A stretch of 64,000 nt of DNA from Eledone cirrhosa (GCA_964016885.1 OZ024743.1:356562001-356626000), one strand, 5' to 3'. Numbered from the stretch's first letter, positions 1-14,512 are shown. Notes: generated by a model from the sequence alone, not told the origin. A program made the numbers and translations.

Positions 1-365
1 CATTTGCATCACAAAATTCAAGTAGCCTCACTCCTTCTTCATTTCTTGAGCCGTAACCGTGCCCACCATGTACCCCGTGCCCACCAAGTCCCCCGCTAGC
101 ATAACGATGTCTCTGTCCTCTGTCATGGAGGCTGCTGTAAAAGTTGCTCGTAAAAGCAGTCTTTCTCTTCTTTACCTAGGCCTGCCTGGGGAGCATAGGC
201 AGAGATGATTGTCAGTAGTCACTTGCCTACAACTAATCTAAGCTTAATTATTCTATTACTAACTCTGACTACCTCTATTGTCTTATTGATCCATCTCTCA
301 GCCAGTAATATGCCCACAGAGTGCCAACATTAAGTGTGGCAACTCTGAGATGCGACGTCCCGTTC

Positions 366-603
366 TTTTTCCAGTTGTGCGATTGCCTGATGACGGTCGT
401 GGGGTTCTCACACATGGCCTCACAAGGCACCCCGCTACCTTGCGCAGCCCTAACATGGTTAGTGTTATTGCTGTTTGCGCAGTTGTTTCTGTGCGATTGT
501 TTGATGACGGTCGGGAAGGGGGGGGGGGTGTTTCTCGCACACGACTATACCAGCCTCCCCACTACCGTGCACAGCCCTAACATGGTTAGTGTTATTGCTG
601 TTG
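366..603. repeat. Diverged tandem duplication, ~125-bp unit
   Basis: TGTGCGATTG..TGATGACGGTCG and CAGCCCTAACATGGTTAGTGTTATTGCTGTT each occur twice, ~120-128 bp apart. Confidence 0.8.
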
Positions 604-659
604 ACACAGTTGTTGCAATTCTTATTTGTTGTGCTCATAATTTTGCTATTTATTATACT

Positions 660-940
660 GGTTGGATGCCCTTCCTAACACCAGCACCACTTTACAGCAT
701 GGACTGGGTGCTTTTATTCGTGCCACCAGCATTAGAGAGGTTGTCTTACTGGACTCAGGGGCCCTCTTTACCCCTCCATTTTACAGCATGGACTGGGTGT
801 TTTTATTCGTGCCACCAGCACTAGGGAAGTTGTCTTACTGGAATTAGGGGACTTCTCTACCCTGCACCAATTTATTCAGAGTGGTAGCTCTCCTAGACGA
901 GTTGCCTACATTGCGGCTTACGGAGTCTCCGCCCGCCCCT
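660..940 (-). mobile_element. RTE/SINE-derived module with internal ~90-bp tandem duplication
   Basis: Contains TGGATGCCCTTCCTAACACCA, shared with the SINEs and RTE UTRs of this window. Unit TTTACAGCATGGACTGGGTG...GTTGTCTTACTGG occurs twice. CTCCTAGACGAGTTGCCT resembles the motif at 61790. Confidence 0.6.
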
Positions 941-2689
941 TGTCTGTTCTATGATATATTCACGAGGGAGTGGTTAGCATACAGCGTCGAGCATGTATAC
1001 CGAATGTGGTGGGTAGGAAGTGAGAACCGTAATGGCTGATACATAGAATTTTAACACAGTTACATATACTATTTGACATAATTTTGGAGATATGAAGAAA
1101 ACAAAACCTATCTTTAAGGAATCCACGTAGAGTAATGATTTTCACGCATAGAGTCTTTGTGAAACCTTTGGTAAATGGAATAATTGCCTTATGTTGTTTA
1201 TTACATAACTAAATAGCTCTGTAGCTTACATAGAGCACTCTCCTTTCCTTTACCCTTCCTACAGAAATATTTAATATATATATATATTAATGAGAACATT
1301 TGAAACAAACGGAGAGAAAAACATTTTGGCTTTTTTCCATTAATTCTTGTTCATTGAGATGTTTTCATTTGGTATTCACACACACACACACACACACACG
1401 CACGTATGACAGCCAACCCTTTTTGCAATGGACATTAAGCATTGGGAGAAATCAGCTATATTGAACTTAGGAGAGAGGAAACTGAAGGCATGGATTTGTG
1501 CAGGCATGGCTATAAGCACAAGCATGATAGACAAGCATAACTGTGTAACTTCAGATTCTATTCCTCTATATGCTACCTAAGTTTAGTGTCTTCTAACCAA
1601 TACCTTGTGAGTGAATTCTGTAAACTGTATTGAGTCTGTCATATATATATATCATCATCATCGCTTAATGCCTGTCTTCTCTGCTAGCAAGGGTTGGGCA
1701 GGTTTTCAAAGACAGTCAGTACATAAATATTTACACACACACACACACATACATACACACAAATGTGTATGTGTATACATGCCTGTGTATTTGTTAGTCT
1801 CCATGCCTTCATCTTCACTTCACATTTGACACTGCTACTGGCAGTATTTGTTTATGTCCAACAGAAACGAAAGTCCCCCTACTCAGCAGTTCAACTTGTG
1901 AAAATCAGTACCTCACATGAACAAAAAAATTAGAGTTGGCCCGATGAAAGACATAGCCACAGAATACTGACTGCCTCAAGAAAGTATTGTCCAGCACATG
2001 CTCAGATGGAAAAATGGGTATCAAAATGATGATGATGATGATGATAAACTATTCTCCACCTATACAATCCAGTATTATCAAAGTAAACATACTTTGATAA
2101 TACTGGATTTATATCAATTTACAAAATGTTACAGTGCCTGGGTTGTGGCAAAAAGACATAAAAATAATTATGCAAGAGTTCAACATTGGAAAACTCTGTA
2201 AAGGTCTTTTTTTCCTCTTTTGTAATATGTAATTATGTTCAGTATGGCTTCCTTTGTTTGCCATCAGATCAGTTATTCGAATAATCAGTTATCCAAACAA
2301 AATTCCCCCTGCCCATCTTGTTCAGATAATTGAAGCTAAACGACTCTACATTCCTAAAAGGATGCTCACTAAAAAATATAAATGTTTCACAAATTTCAAA
2401 CAACTCTCTACTCCAGAATAAGATCCCTTTCTGTTGTGGCTGCTATTAATGATGATGAGGAGGATGATGACAATGATGCAGATGACAATGGCAAATAATG
2501 ATGAAACCTTTATTTTTTCTCCTTTTGTATTTATTCATTGATTCATCAGTGACTTTATCAGAGCCCATTCTACCATTACAAGCACTCACCACTGATATGC
2601 AGTTTACTTTCACATTACCATATTTCTTGACCTGCTAGAAATGGCAGCAGAAACCCTCTCAAAATTAAACTAAATAATCTTTAACAAAT

Positions 2690-4078
2690 CTTCTGATTTT
2701 AACAGCATCTCCTGATATGCATGAGGTGCATCTGAGAATGATGACTAATCTGTCAGAGGCTGAAGTCACAAGAGCAATTAAAGAGGTGAAATGTGACAAG
2801 ACCACTGGGAGAATGAAATTCAGCCCAAGATTTTAAAAGCCTTGAAGGTATTTTTCTGGCTGACTCTTGTGTGCTTGGATGATCTGGAAATCTAGAAAGG
2901 CACCTAAGCAATGGCAAAACGGAGTGATAATCTCAATTTTCAAAAAGAGAGACAAGAGAAATTGCTCCAATTATTGAGGGATCCTCTTGCTAAGCCTCCC
3001 CAGTAAAGTCTATGCTAAGTATCTGGCAAAGATATGTAGGGAGATTATCAAGTCCAAGTTAGCTGATGAACAGTGCAGTTTTCACACCAGATGCAACACA
3101 GCTGACCAAATATTCACACTGCAGCAAATTTTTGAGAAATTGTGGGAGTATGGCCAAGAAGTGTATTCCTCCTTTGTAGACCTCAAAAAGGCATACGATC
3201 ATGTTCCACAGGACCAGTTGTGGAAAGTTCTGCAAGAGTATGGGATCGGTGGTCAGCTTCTTATTGCCCTCCTGTCTCTATATGAATGCACAAGTATTTG
3301 TGTTCAGATAAAAGGTGCTAAATCAAAACCATTCGATATGGGAATCAAACTCCGCCAAGGCTACATACTGTCACCTCTCCTGTTCATAATCTTCATGAAC
3401 AGTTGGGTTGGAAGTGGTATCATGACTAGCAGGGGTAGGATCAGTCAGCTGCAATTTCCAGATGACATGGTATTACTTAACTCATTTGAAGGGGATCTCT
3501 GACATGCACTTGATAGGTTTGATACTGAGACACTCACCCTCACAAGGAAGCCTGTGCAGTGCATTCTACATGTCAATAGAATTCCACTGAAACAGGTGAA
3601 GAAGTTCAAGTATCTTGGGGCTGTGTTCATGTGTGATGGGAGACAGGAGGCTGAATTAAGTACAAGAATTGCAGGAGCTTCAGCATTCAGTAATCAGAAG
3701 AAGAGAAGCCAAACACGCTATCTTGGATAATGACCGAAAGAATATGATCGCGAATACAAGCAGCTGAAATGGGGTTCCTCCGAATGGTCTCTGGAGTAAT
3801 GTTAATCGATAGAATGTATAGCTTGGAGATCAGAGTCATTCCAGGTAGATCCACTACTTTTCCAAATTGAAGAGTCACAGCTTCAATATTCTGAGCATGG
3901 AGTTAGAATGTCTCAGGAAAGAATTGCTGGACAGATTTTATGAGTTTGACTGGTCTCACTTGAGGATCCAGTAGGATCACTTGGAGACAGTTGCTTCTGA
4001 CAGGACACGTTGGAAGGAGTGTTTAAGGAGTCTGCACCCACAACCCTCTCAGGAATATGTGAGTGAAGAAGGATGAAA
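2690..4078 (+). pseudogene. Old RTE-clade LINE reverse transcriptase fragment (no PHD insert)
   Basis: ORF 2987-3502 has FVDLKKAYD, LRQGYILSPLLF and QFPDD. Downstream FKYLG and IQAAEMGFLR motifs. Multiple stops and frameshifts. Confidence 0.88.
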
Positions 4079-4302
4079 GATCTTTAACAAAAAAGGTAAA
4101 AACACATTGGATCATGCAATAGTCAATAAGCTGAGTGGAAAAAAAAATACAATACAAAAATAATGGTGTGGTCATGGCTAGAAAGGGGATCTTTTATGAA
4201 CTCGCAAAACTAGTTTTTTGAGTTGGCCAATGCTTCGTGGGTAGCTTCTCTTTTTTTATTTTTTACATAGGACTAGATGTCACCACCTAACAATATGGGA
4301 GC

Positions 4303-4430
4303 CATGAAGGCATGCGGCCTAATAGTCAGGGTGCAGGACAAATGATCACAAGGTTGGCGGTTTGATTCCAGGATCGGGTGATACATTGTGTTCTTGAGCA
4401 TGACAATTCATTTTATGTTGCTTTTCATGA
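4303..4430 (+). mobile_element. Degenerate tRNA/CORE-type SINE head
   Basis: Weak similarity to the SINE head (CGGCCTAATAGTCAGG...GGTTTGATTCC...TTCTTGAGCATGACA). Confidence 0.5.
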
Positions 4431-5949
4431 TAGGTCCCTATCATTAAAACACTTGAGAAACCTCCTATGAGAAGCAGCTTCATTGAAGCCATCTAAACCT
4501 ACATAGATGTGGTTTATAAATCCCATTTAAATTCTTTTCTTTTTTTACTCCAGTAAGCTGAAGAACTTGAACTTCGAATGCAAAGAGCTTCAACCGGTTG
4601 GAATGCTTTTGATTAATAAAACTTCTCGATGCTAACCTGGAGTTTAACAACAACATTAATGATGTTGAGACCACAGAACGATGGTTCAGTTGATACTTAA
4701 CTGTGTGTTTCAGTTGCCAATCATCAATCCAGGCATTATGGAAATAGAAATCAGCAGTAACATAATAGTGTCAACAAGATCAACAATTCCCTACTTAGTT
4801 ACAGACACACACACACACACACACACATACTCACATATGTAGTTCTCCATAATATACATCACCATCATCATCATCATTTAACTGTCGTTTTCCCTGCTGG
4901 CTAGGATTGCAAAATATACATACACACACACAAATATATATGTGTGTGCATCAGTAAATATATATATGTGTGTATAAAACCTGATGATCATGACGTGTGC
5001 AAATATATATATATATATATGATAAAGATATCTTTCTATATATCTATATATGTATAATAAAACCCATTCTGTTAATTTAAGAAATATATCAGGATACACT
5101 AACTCTTGTTTCTTGTGTTTCCAAGTAGACCTTTGTCACAGTGCTTGACAACATACATCATCAGCATCACTACCATTACCATCATCTGTGTTGTCATTGT
5201 TGTTGTTGTTTATGCATGAGATTTAGGCTTCATGCTGGTATGGGTTGGACAAGCCAGCTGCATCTGTCTTTAGTGAACTCTGCTGTAAGCCCCTGGCTCT
5301 CTTAGATCACATCTAAGTAGTCACTCAGAGCCCACCTAGGGGTCACACTACCTATGTCTCCCATGACCATCAAACATCATTTAGTTTGGTAAGAAAATCA
5401 AAGTAGATTGCTCAGAAGGATCCATATCGTCTTGAGAGAGAGTGAGCGAGAGAGATTCTTCACAACCCCTCTATCTTCCTCCTCCTCCTCCTCACATTCC
5501 CCCACCTCCCAATGTGGTCTGGAATGGGTCAACCTTTCTCGTATATCAGCCTAAGTCTTCTTCTATGGATATTCAAACTGTCTTTGCTTTTCTGTTTCAT
5601 TTTTATTATCAATATTATTTTCTTTCATTCTATTGTCCTCACACACACTTACCACACACAAACATACACACATAGAAACATCACTCACAAACACACTCAG
5701 TCTCTCTATCAATTACATTTTCTAACATACATATCTTCCCTGTATTTCTCTCACTCTTCTGCTTGTTGTCCCCATGTGTATTATTCTTCCTTTCCCGATG
5801 GATGATAGCGATACACTATCCTTTCTTTTACACACACATACATATATACACACTTAAACAGAATTACTTTTTCACCATCTTTTCATTCATTCTCCTTGGA
5901 CAAGCTCTCAAGATTCTTCTCTTTGTCACTTCTGTTAACCCTCGCCCCC

Positions 5950-5986
<37 letters not shown>

Positions 5987-6416
5987 TATATTGCCATTAC
6001 CAACGCCAACACTTCCACCATCATCACTAATATCACACACATAAACACAGATACGTACATATATACATACATATACACAAACACACCTACATAGATACAT
6101 ACATTTATAGATATTTACACACACACACACACAATACATACCACAAGCAAGTACACTTTAATACAATTTTATTATAAATACCTTGCTGCCTTCAGCTTAA
6201 AAATATGACAATATACCCCAACCTAACAGACTGACCCTGACATCATCATCACCAATAGAGAAATGCATAACCACCCACTACTAATTCCTTCACACTGCAA
6301 ATCTCCACCCACCTTTTAATAATCCTCTCTTTCTTCATCCCACTTTTATATCATAGTGATCTGATTCTCCTCTCCACTTAATACTGGACACATCCATGTG
6401 TATGTATGTGTGTATG

Positions 6417-6453
<37 letters not shown>

Positions 6454-6454
<1 letters not shown>

Positions 6455-6838
6455 ATCATCATCATCATTTTACATCCGCTTTTCCCTGCTTGCAAGGGTG
6501 GGATGGGAACTGATTCTGGCTTGATTTCTACAGCTGGATGCCCTTCATAACACCAACTTCATTTACGGTGAGTGCTGGGTGCTTTTTATCCGGGGCGCCT
6601 ACACGTCCACTTTACAGTGTGGGCTGGGTGTTTTTTTGCCGTGGCACCTCCACGACCACTTTGCAGTGGAATGATAGGGACCCCAGTCCTATCATCTCAT
6701 TTCTACAGCTGAGTAAACTAGAGCAATGTGAAATAAAGTGTCTTGCTCAAGGAAACAACACATCACCTGGTCTGAAGATTGAACTTACAACCTTTCGATT
6801 GCAACGCCAATGCTCTAACCACTAAGCCATGTGCCTCC
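6454..6838 (-). mobile_element. Full-length tRNA-derived CORE-type SINE with RTE-like 3' tail
   Basis: Minus strand: A box TGGCTTAGTGG, B box GTTCAATC, CORE-like TCCTTGAGCAAGACACTTT, AAGGGCATCC module and (ATG)n tail abutting (GT)n. Confidence 0.88.
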
Positions 6839-6980
6839 TATATATATATATCCAGGGAGTGTAACTTGGCGTTACTGTAGGTTCACCCGGGTGAGCACTC
6901 AATGTTTAGGTTCACTTCAGTGTCGAGGTATAGAGCTAGACAGAGTGTATTATAGTGAAATAAGATAACAAATATATATA

Positions 6981-8520
6981 TTATCCTCATTTTACAACCA
7001 TTGTGCCATGCTTGCATGGGTTGGATGAGTCCTTCTCAGTGCAGCATCTCTCCACCCTTGTCATACATAGTCCTTTGTCATCTCCTCTATGAGCATTAAC
7101 AATCTGACATCAGCTCCCACTACTTCTATCCAGGTCTTCCTTTACTGCAGCTTCCTTCCACTGGGATTATACGGCACTTCTTCACCCAGCGATCATCATT
7201 CCTCTTATACTCAGTTTCTCCCTCAGTTCATCATTCTTACACATTAACATTGCCCATCAACTGAAACAGGCTTGTCTCATTTCTCTTCAGCCTCCACATG
7301 TCCTCTGTGTTTACTGCCCACATCTCACTACCATGCAGCATGGCACTTCACAAACAAGCATCATATAGCTGACCTTTTATTCACAGGGAGAAACCTTTTA
7401 TTGTTAGCAGGGGCAGCAGTTCCTTAAACTTCTTCCATCCTGTCCTTATTCTAGCTACTCTGCTCTCCGAGCACCTTCCTCCACTGCTAATTATATTACC
7501 TAGTTGGCAGAAAATATCAACCACTTTTATGGATCTGTCCTGGGATTGAAAAAGGCTTATAATATTTACTTTATTATTGGCACTCTTGCTATCAATTAAC
7601 CATGAACATCTATTACATACAAAGTCTTCCTTTCTGTTGGTTTGCCTGTTATCCCACTACACTTCTTGTATACCCAAAATTTGCATTGTGTTTATGCCTT
7701 CTCCTTTTTTACATATTGAGCAAAGTCAATTCCCTGATGAGATTGGTTCCCGATATTGTTTCCTACTTATTAACATTTTGGTTTTTGCTAAATTTACTCT
7801 AAGACCTTGTGATTCTAAGTTCTGATTCCACAGCTGGAATTTATTCTCTAGTTGTTCCACAGATTCAGCTATGAGGACTAGATCATCAGCATACAGAAGT
7901 CCCCATGGGTAACCAGTCTTAAACTCATCTGCTATGGTCTGGAAGACTAGGATAAAGAGGAAGGAGCTAAGAACAGAGCCCTGATGCATTCTTACCTGTA
8001 CCTTGAATTCCTCTCTAAACTCACATCCTATTCTCACTTAAAGCTCCCCTATACATGGTTTACACTGCTCTTACAAGCCACATTTTTATACCTAGTTTCC
8101 TTAAGGACCACCAGATGACTGAACGGGGTACTCTGTCAAAGGCTTTCTCTGAATGCATGAAAGCTATATATAGAGGCTTACTTTTAGCTAAGAACTTCTC
8201 TTGTAGTGGTCTTACTAAAAAGAGGCCATCTGTGGTGCTCCTCACTGGTATGAAACCGAATTGCATCTTATTTATTTTGGCTCTTTCCCTAATTAGTTGT
8301 GTTAGAACTCTTTCTGCCACTTGATCTGTTAGTTTTATTCCTCTGTAGTCAATCCTTTCTAAGGCATTACCTTTTCCCTTGTAACAATTAAGGATTGTGC
8401 TGCTGCTGCTGCTGCACCAGTCATTGGGCATGGCCACAGCCTGGATTATCTGATTGACTATGTGGGTGACTAGTTCAAATCCTGCTTCCCCAGATGCTTT
8501 CAGCATCTCAGCAACTGTCT
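6981..8520 (-). pseudogene. Old RTE LINE, RT plus C-terminus, frameshifted
   Basis: ORFs 8060-8539 and 7726-8037 ([25 protein letters not shown]). Degenerate PHD-like Cys region and a very short 3' end. Confidence 0.9.
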
Positions 8521-8875
8521 CAATCTCTCTTCCTCCCATTCATTAACTTCTCATAGTAGCATTTCCAAGTCGCTTTCTTTTGAGTACCAGTGATGCTAAG
8601 TACACCAGTGTCATTTCAAACACACTTTTCCTCAACAATATCCTGATTTACACTCACACAGCCTTACAATGCAGAACACCTCATACCTCATACCTCTAAA
8701 ACATTGGCAAACCTCCTTCTGTTCATGCTATGTATACCTGTTGCCTATACATATATATATGCACATATATATACACATATACATATATACATACATACAG
8801 AGAGATATATCTTTATATACACAGATATATACATACACACACATTATATATATATATATATATACACAAACAAAA

Positions 8876-8924
<49 letters not shown>

Positions 8925-9750
8925 TACACACATAAATATATATATATATATATACACATACAGAAATGCATCATTTACACATACACACAGGCACAAATAT
9001 ATATGTATCTGTATATCTATATATATACCGATACATATACATACATTCAAGCAATGCAGACACATCCTATATGAGCAGGAATTTAGCTGAATGATGGACA
9101 ACATGGTCACTGCAAATGAGGAATTGAAGTTGATAGCAAACCTATCTAGTAATGGCGGCATGCTGACAGCTAGCCACGCAGATGGACACAAAAGCCAAAC
9201 GCTGCCTTGGTTGTCATTCATATCAGATCTGATAAGAAGAAACACAATGATTTCTCAATGTAGCTAAGAACCAATAGACGGCAAGCCGAAAATTTTCAAT
9301 ATAGCAAGAATACATGACAAGCAGATTAATAATTATTAATAAGCAAGTGAATAATTTAAAGGGAAGAAGGGAAGATCTATGTAAAAATGAAGCAAGCGAG
9401 AAAGCGACAGATAAATGGATAGATAGATAGAATGAAATACTGAGATTACATATGTATCTGAGTGTGTGTGTGTGTGTGTGCGCGCACGCGCTTATATACA
9501 CATACATACATAAACACACACAAATATATATGTATATATACACATATATATATATATACACACATATATATGTATACACATATATATGTATGTGCGTGTG
9601 TATATTTATATATATATATATATATATATATGTATGAATATATATATATGTATATACGTATATATATATATATATATATATGTATGAATATATATATATG
9701 TATATACGTATATATATATATATATATACATTGTATGAATATATATATAT

Positions 9751-10170
9751 ATCATCATCATCACCGTTTTACGTCCGTTCTTCCACGCTAGCATGGGTTA
9801 GACGGGTTGTCCTGTTGTGGGCAGTGTCTGGTCGGCTGACCATGCCTTGCTCATACAGGAACTGATCTGGCTTGATTTCTACAGCTGGATGCCCTTCCTA
9901 ACACCAACCTCATTTACAGTGAGTGCTGGGTGCTTTTTCGTGGCGCCTACACGTCCACTTTACAGTGTGGGCTGGGTGCTTTTTTGCCGTGGCACCTCCA
10001 CGACCACCTTGCGGTGGGGGGGGGGGCATATTGTTTATACGCTTCAGCATGTACCCATGGGAGGTCGGGTACCCTGTATTACTGCGTGACGCCAGAAGTC
10101 ACGGTCGTGTGTCATTGACTTTGAGAGGTGTAGTTGGGTAAGGTCGGCTTTTATCACCTCATCCCAAGTC
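9751..10170 (-). mobile_element. RTE family-2 3' end (ORF C-terminus, 3' UTR and (GAT)n tail)
   Basis: Nearly identical to 25681-26079. Encodes [25 protein letters not shown]. Confidence 0.85.
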
Positions 10171-10177
10171 ATATATA

Positions 10178-12416
10178 TCATCATCATCATCATCAACGTT
10201 TAACGTCCGTGTTCCACGCTTGCATGGGTTTGGACGGGGGTAGTCCCACTTGAGGCAAGAGTGATTGTCTTGCTCGCATAGGACTGTCTGGCAGGTTTTC
10301 TACAGTTGGATGCCCTTCCTAACACCAACCACATTTACAGTGTGGGTCTGGGAGGTTTTTACCGTGTTGCCTACACGGCCACATTACAGCGTGGACTGTG
10401 TGTTTTTTTGTCGTGACACCTACACGATCTCATTTGTTTCGGCCCGGATGGCGCGGCACCAACATAACTTTACATAGGACGGGGTGGTGTGGATGGGGTG
10501 GGGGTGGTGGTGGTGGGACGGGGTGTATTTTGTTAGAGATGCCTACTGGCAAGGCGGGTCTTCTCTGTTACTGAGTACCGCCAAAGGTCTCGGTCCAGTG
10601 ACATTGTCTTGGAGAGGTGTAAGTGTGTGAGGTCGGAGTTTATCAGCTCGTCCCAGGTTTTTCTAGGTCTGCCTATTCCGTGGCTACCGTCTATCTTTAT
10701 TGCCCTGCACTTTGTTATACAGCTATCGACTTTCATGCGCATCACGTGTCCATACCAACGTAGCCTTCTCTCGAGTAAACAACATCTGATCCCTCTTATC
10801 TCTAATTTTTTCCTTAGTTCGTTTATGCTTTGCCGTTCACGTATATTACTGTTACACATCCAGCGGAGCATGCAAGCTTCGTTCCTCTCTAGTCTGCGTA
10901 TATCCTCTGCACACAATGCCCAGGTCTCACTGCCATGCAACATTGCTGTTCGTATGCAGGCATCGTACAACCTGCCTTTCATTTTTAGGGAGAACCCTTT
11001 AGCAGCTAATAGTGGTATAAGCTCTCTGAACTTTTTCCAACCAGTTCTGACTCTAGCTACAGTACTTTCAGAGCACCCTCCCCCACTGCTGATTTTATCG
11101 CCCAGGTAACGGAAGCTGTCCACTATTTCTATAGAACCCTCTGCGCAATTGAAAGAGCTAGTATTGTGTGGGCACTTGCTGCTACTTATTGCACCAGAAC
11201 ACCGGCCACATGTAAAATCTATGTTCTTAGTTAGCTTACCTGTGATCCCACTACATCTTTTATGCACCCATACTTTGCATTTAGGACACAAAATGGAGTT
11301 TCTACCTACGCCTTTCCTACACACCGAGCACGACCATTTCCCAGAAGGGACCGCCGCCTTGTTTTCTTTCCTACAAACTAGAACTTTGGTCTTAGCCAGG
11401 TTAATTTTAAGTCCTTTTGACTCTAGGCCGTGCTTCCATGTTTGGAATTTCTTCTCTAGCTCGGCCATTGATTCCGCTATGAGTGTCAGGTCGTCTGCGT
11501 ATAGGAGTTCCCATGGGCAGCCGGTCTTGAACTCCTCTGTTATAGCCTGAAGGGCAATAATAAATAGTAGGGGGCTGAGAACAGAGCCCTGATGGACGCC
11601 AACTTTTACGCTAAACTCTTCACTATATTCGTTGTTAATTCTAACCTTGCTGACTGTTTCTTTATACATGGCTTGTATAGCCCTCACAAGCCATTCGTCA
11701 ACGCCTAGTTTTCTAAGAGCCCACCAGATAATGGAGCGGGGGACTCTGTCGAAGGCTTTCTCCAAGTCGACAAAAGCTAAGTAGAGGGGTTTACCTTTAG
11801 CTAGGTACTTCTCCTGTAGTTGTCGTACTATGAAAAGAGCGTCTGTGGTACTTTTGCCTGACACAAACCCGAACTGCATTTCATCTAGGTCAATTCTCTC
11901 TCTGATTAGTTGCGCTATTACTTTTTCTGTGACCTTCATGACCTGGTCGATTAATTTAATGCCTCTATAGTTACTCCTATCTAGGGCGTCTCCTTTACCC
12001 TTATAACAGTTAACGATGATGCTGCTATGCCAGTCCTTCGGAACAACCCCATTCTGTACGACTTGGTTAACTATGCGGGTGACCATGGTGTGTCCCACCG
12101 TGCCAGATGCCTTCAGCATCTCAGCAACTATTTCCGAAGGCCCAGCCGCCTTACCTGTCTTCATATCCTTGATTGCCTTACTTATTATACTCCCCTCGAC
12201 TAACACTGCTGGTCCCTCTATTGGGTCGACATGGGGGAGACTGTCTTTCTCCCATTTATTCTCCTCATTTAGTAGCCTTTCATAGTGACACTTCCAAGCT
12301 GCCTTCTTATCAGTGTCGGTGATGGCAAGTATGCCATCATCGTTAAGTACACACTTCTCCCCGACAATATCACGATTTTCCTTGACGCATTGCCTAGCAA
12401 TCCTGAACACCTCACG
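10178..12416 (-). mobile_element. Young RTE LINE family-1, 5'-truncated, open RT-PHD-C-terminal frame
   Basis: Stop-free frame 10533-12416 with [40 protein letters not shown] and [10 protein letters not shown]. ~340-bp 3' UTR and (GAT)n tail. No endonuclease domain; the YIYI N-terminus is flanking microsatellite. Confidence 0.96.
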
Positions 12417-13147
12417 ATATATATATATACATATATGTGTGTATATATATATATATGTGTGTATATATATATATATATATGTGTATATATGTATATACGT
12501 ATATATATATGTATACATATATATATATATATGTGTATGTATATAAATATATATATGTATATAAATATATATATGTGTGTGTGTGTGTGTATATATATTT
12601 GTATGTATATATATATATATAGAGGGAGAGAAGGGGAAGAAAAGAAAGCAAGTAGTGAGCAGAAAACAATAGAGTTATTGTGGAAAAATCAAAGTAAAAT
12701 ATAGCTATGACTATCACACACAAAGAGTGATGAATTTTTCATAAACACATCATACCTTCATAACGAGAGAGGAACAAAGACAAAACCACACACACAAACA
12801 GAAAACAATACACAAATATATATATATGCAGGTATATCTGTTCATATGTATTAAATACGTATGTACACGTATGAGTGGATGTGTGTATGTATACTCTAGA
12901 AGCCTGTGTGTGTGTGTCTTTTTCGGTAATGTGTTTAGAGCGTGTGAGTGTGTGCATGTCTTGCTATATGGTGTGAGTGGATGTGTATGCATGCTATGCA
13001 AGTGTGTATGTGTGTATGTGTGTATGCATGCGTACACGTGTATGTCTCTATGTGTACCTCATTGTGTGTGTGTGTGTGTCTGTCTCTATGTGTACCACAT
13101 TGTGTGTGTGTGTGTGCTTTGAAGAGTTGGACTCGACACAACACACA

Positions 13148-13194
<47 letters not shown>

Positions 13195-14129
13195 ATATAT
13201 GTCTGTAATGTATAAAATGTGTGCATACAGGTGTGAGTGAAAGTAGTTTATGTGTGCTGTGTGTATGTGTGAGTGGATATGTATGAGTGTGTGTATGAGT
13301 ATGTGAATGGGTAGATGTGTTTTGAGAGTGTGAATGTGTGAATGTGGAAGTGTATGTATGTAAGTGTGTGTATGCTTATGAGTGAATGCATGTGTATAAA
13401 TGTATATGAATGTATGAGTGAGTGTATGTTTGTGTGTGTGTCTTGTATATTATATTATGTTATGTTATGTTGTATGCTTAGGAGGAATCGGGCAATCAAG
13501 AAGTTTGATAAATCAGGTCAGGAGAACAGAATTCATCCATCACAGACAATAAAACAATCGAAATTCTACAGAAACCAAACTATGATAAAGCTGACCCTTA
13601 AGCCAAGTCAAAGTTCTGTGGCGATATTATGATTTTTACAAATGTTTTCTGTCGGAAAATACTTACACAAGAAATCAGGGTCCAATAAAGCAAAATGATA
13701 ATCTATGTTTTAACATTGGTACAGCCGATTCCTTGTGTTTATTGCCAGACCCCCAACTACTGAATAGTACCGCTGTTTCCACAACTCAATCACATATATT
13801 AAATGATAATTGATGGCTCCAGTTGACAGCCATAGAAATAACCCAACTGCCACTACTGCTACTACCACTACTGTCACCACCACCACCACCAGTAATACTA
13901 TAGTTACAGAAGAAAGCAACTGAATGAATAAGTGTGTGTAAAGGTAATATGATGATAGTTGTCTGCAGTTATGTGTTTCTTGTTGTTGTTGTTGTTGGTG
14001 GTGGTGGTAATATTTAATGGTGGTGGTGGTAATATTTAATGGTGATGGTCATGGTAGCAATAGGAAAAAGAGATGTTTTCAGATGATGATGTTAGATGAA
14101 TGGTGAGGTAGGAGTGATAATGATGATGA

Positions 14130-14297
14130 GAAGAAGAAGAAGAAGAAGAAGAAGAAGAAGAAGAAGAAGAAGAAGAAGAAGAAGAAGAAGAAGAAGAAGA
14201 AGAAGAAGAAGAAGAAGAAGAAGAAGAAGAAGAAGAAGAAGAAGAAGAAGAAGAAGAAGAAGAAGAAGAAGAAGAAGAAGAAGAAGAAGAAGAAGAA
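14130..14297. repeat. Pure (GAA)56 trinucleotide repeat
   Basis: Uninterrupted GAA tract of 168 bp. Confidence 0.97.
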
Positions 14298-14512
14298 AAA
14301 AGAAAAAAGGCGAAGTAAAAGAGTTGATAGAGCAAGGAGAACAGTTGCTGCTAAAACTTGTCATCAAATGATGTAGAGGTGGATGAAGTAGGTAAAGGTA
14401 GGCCTTCTGAGTGTGCCTGAAGTTGTTGAATGGTGGAGTGGAACAGATGAAGAGATAAAGTGAAATTCAGGGGGAAGGAACACCAAAGCTCTCTCTACAC
14501 TCAATAACTCCT

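Noticed and set aside
4480-4771. ~97-codon stop-free minus frame and a plus-strand acceptor-like site at ~4553, possible host exon
   Set aside because: No recognisable domain, no convincing splice pair and no partner exons.
4981-5010. CTGATGA possible hammerhead (likewise weak candidates near 1110-1180, 32120-32155, 58380-58410 and 60808-60830)
   Set aside because: Core or stems incomplete; not distinguishable from chance.
12417-12518. Apparent start and N-terminus of the 661-aa RT ORF
   Set aside because: Flanking microsatellite in frame by chance; the LINE is 5'-truncated at 12416.
14036-14371. Poly-Ser/Leu/Arg ORFs
   Set aside because: Readings of the GAA repeat.
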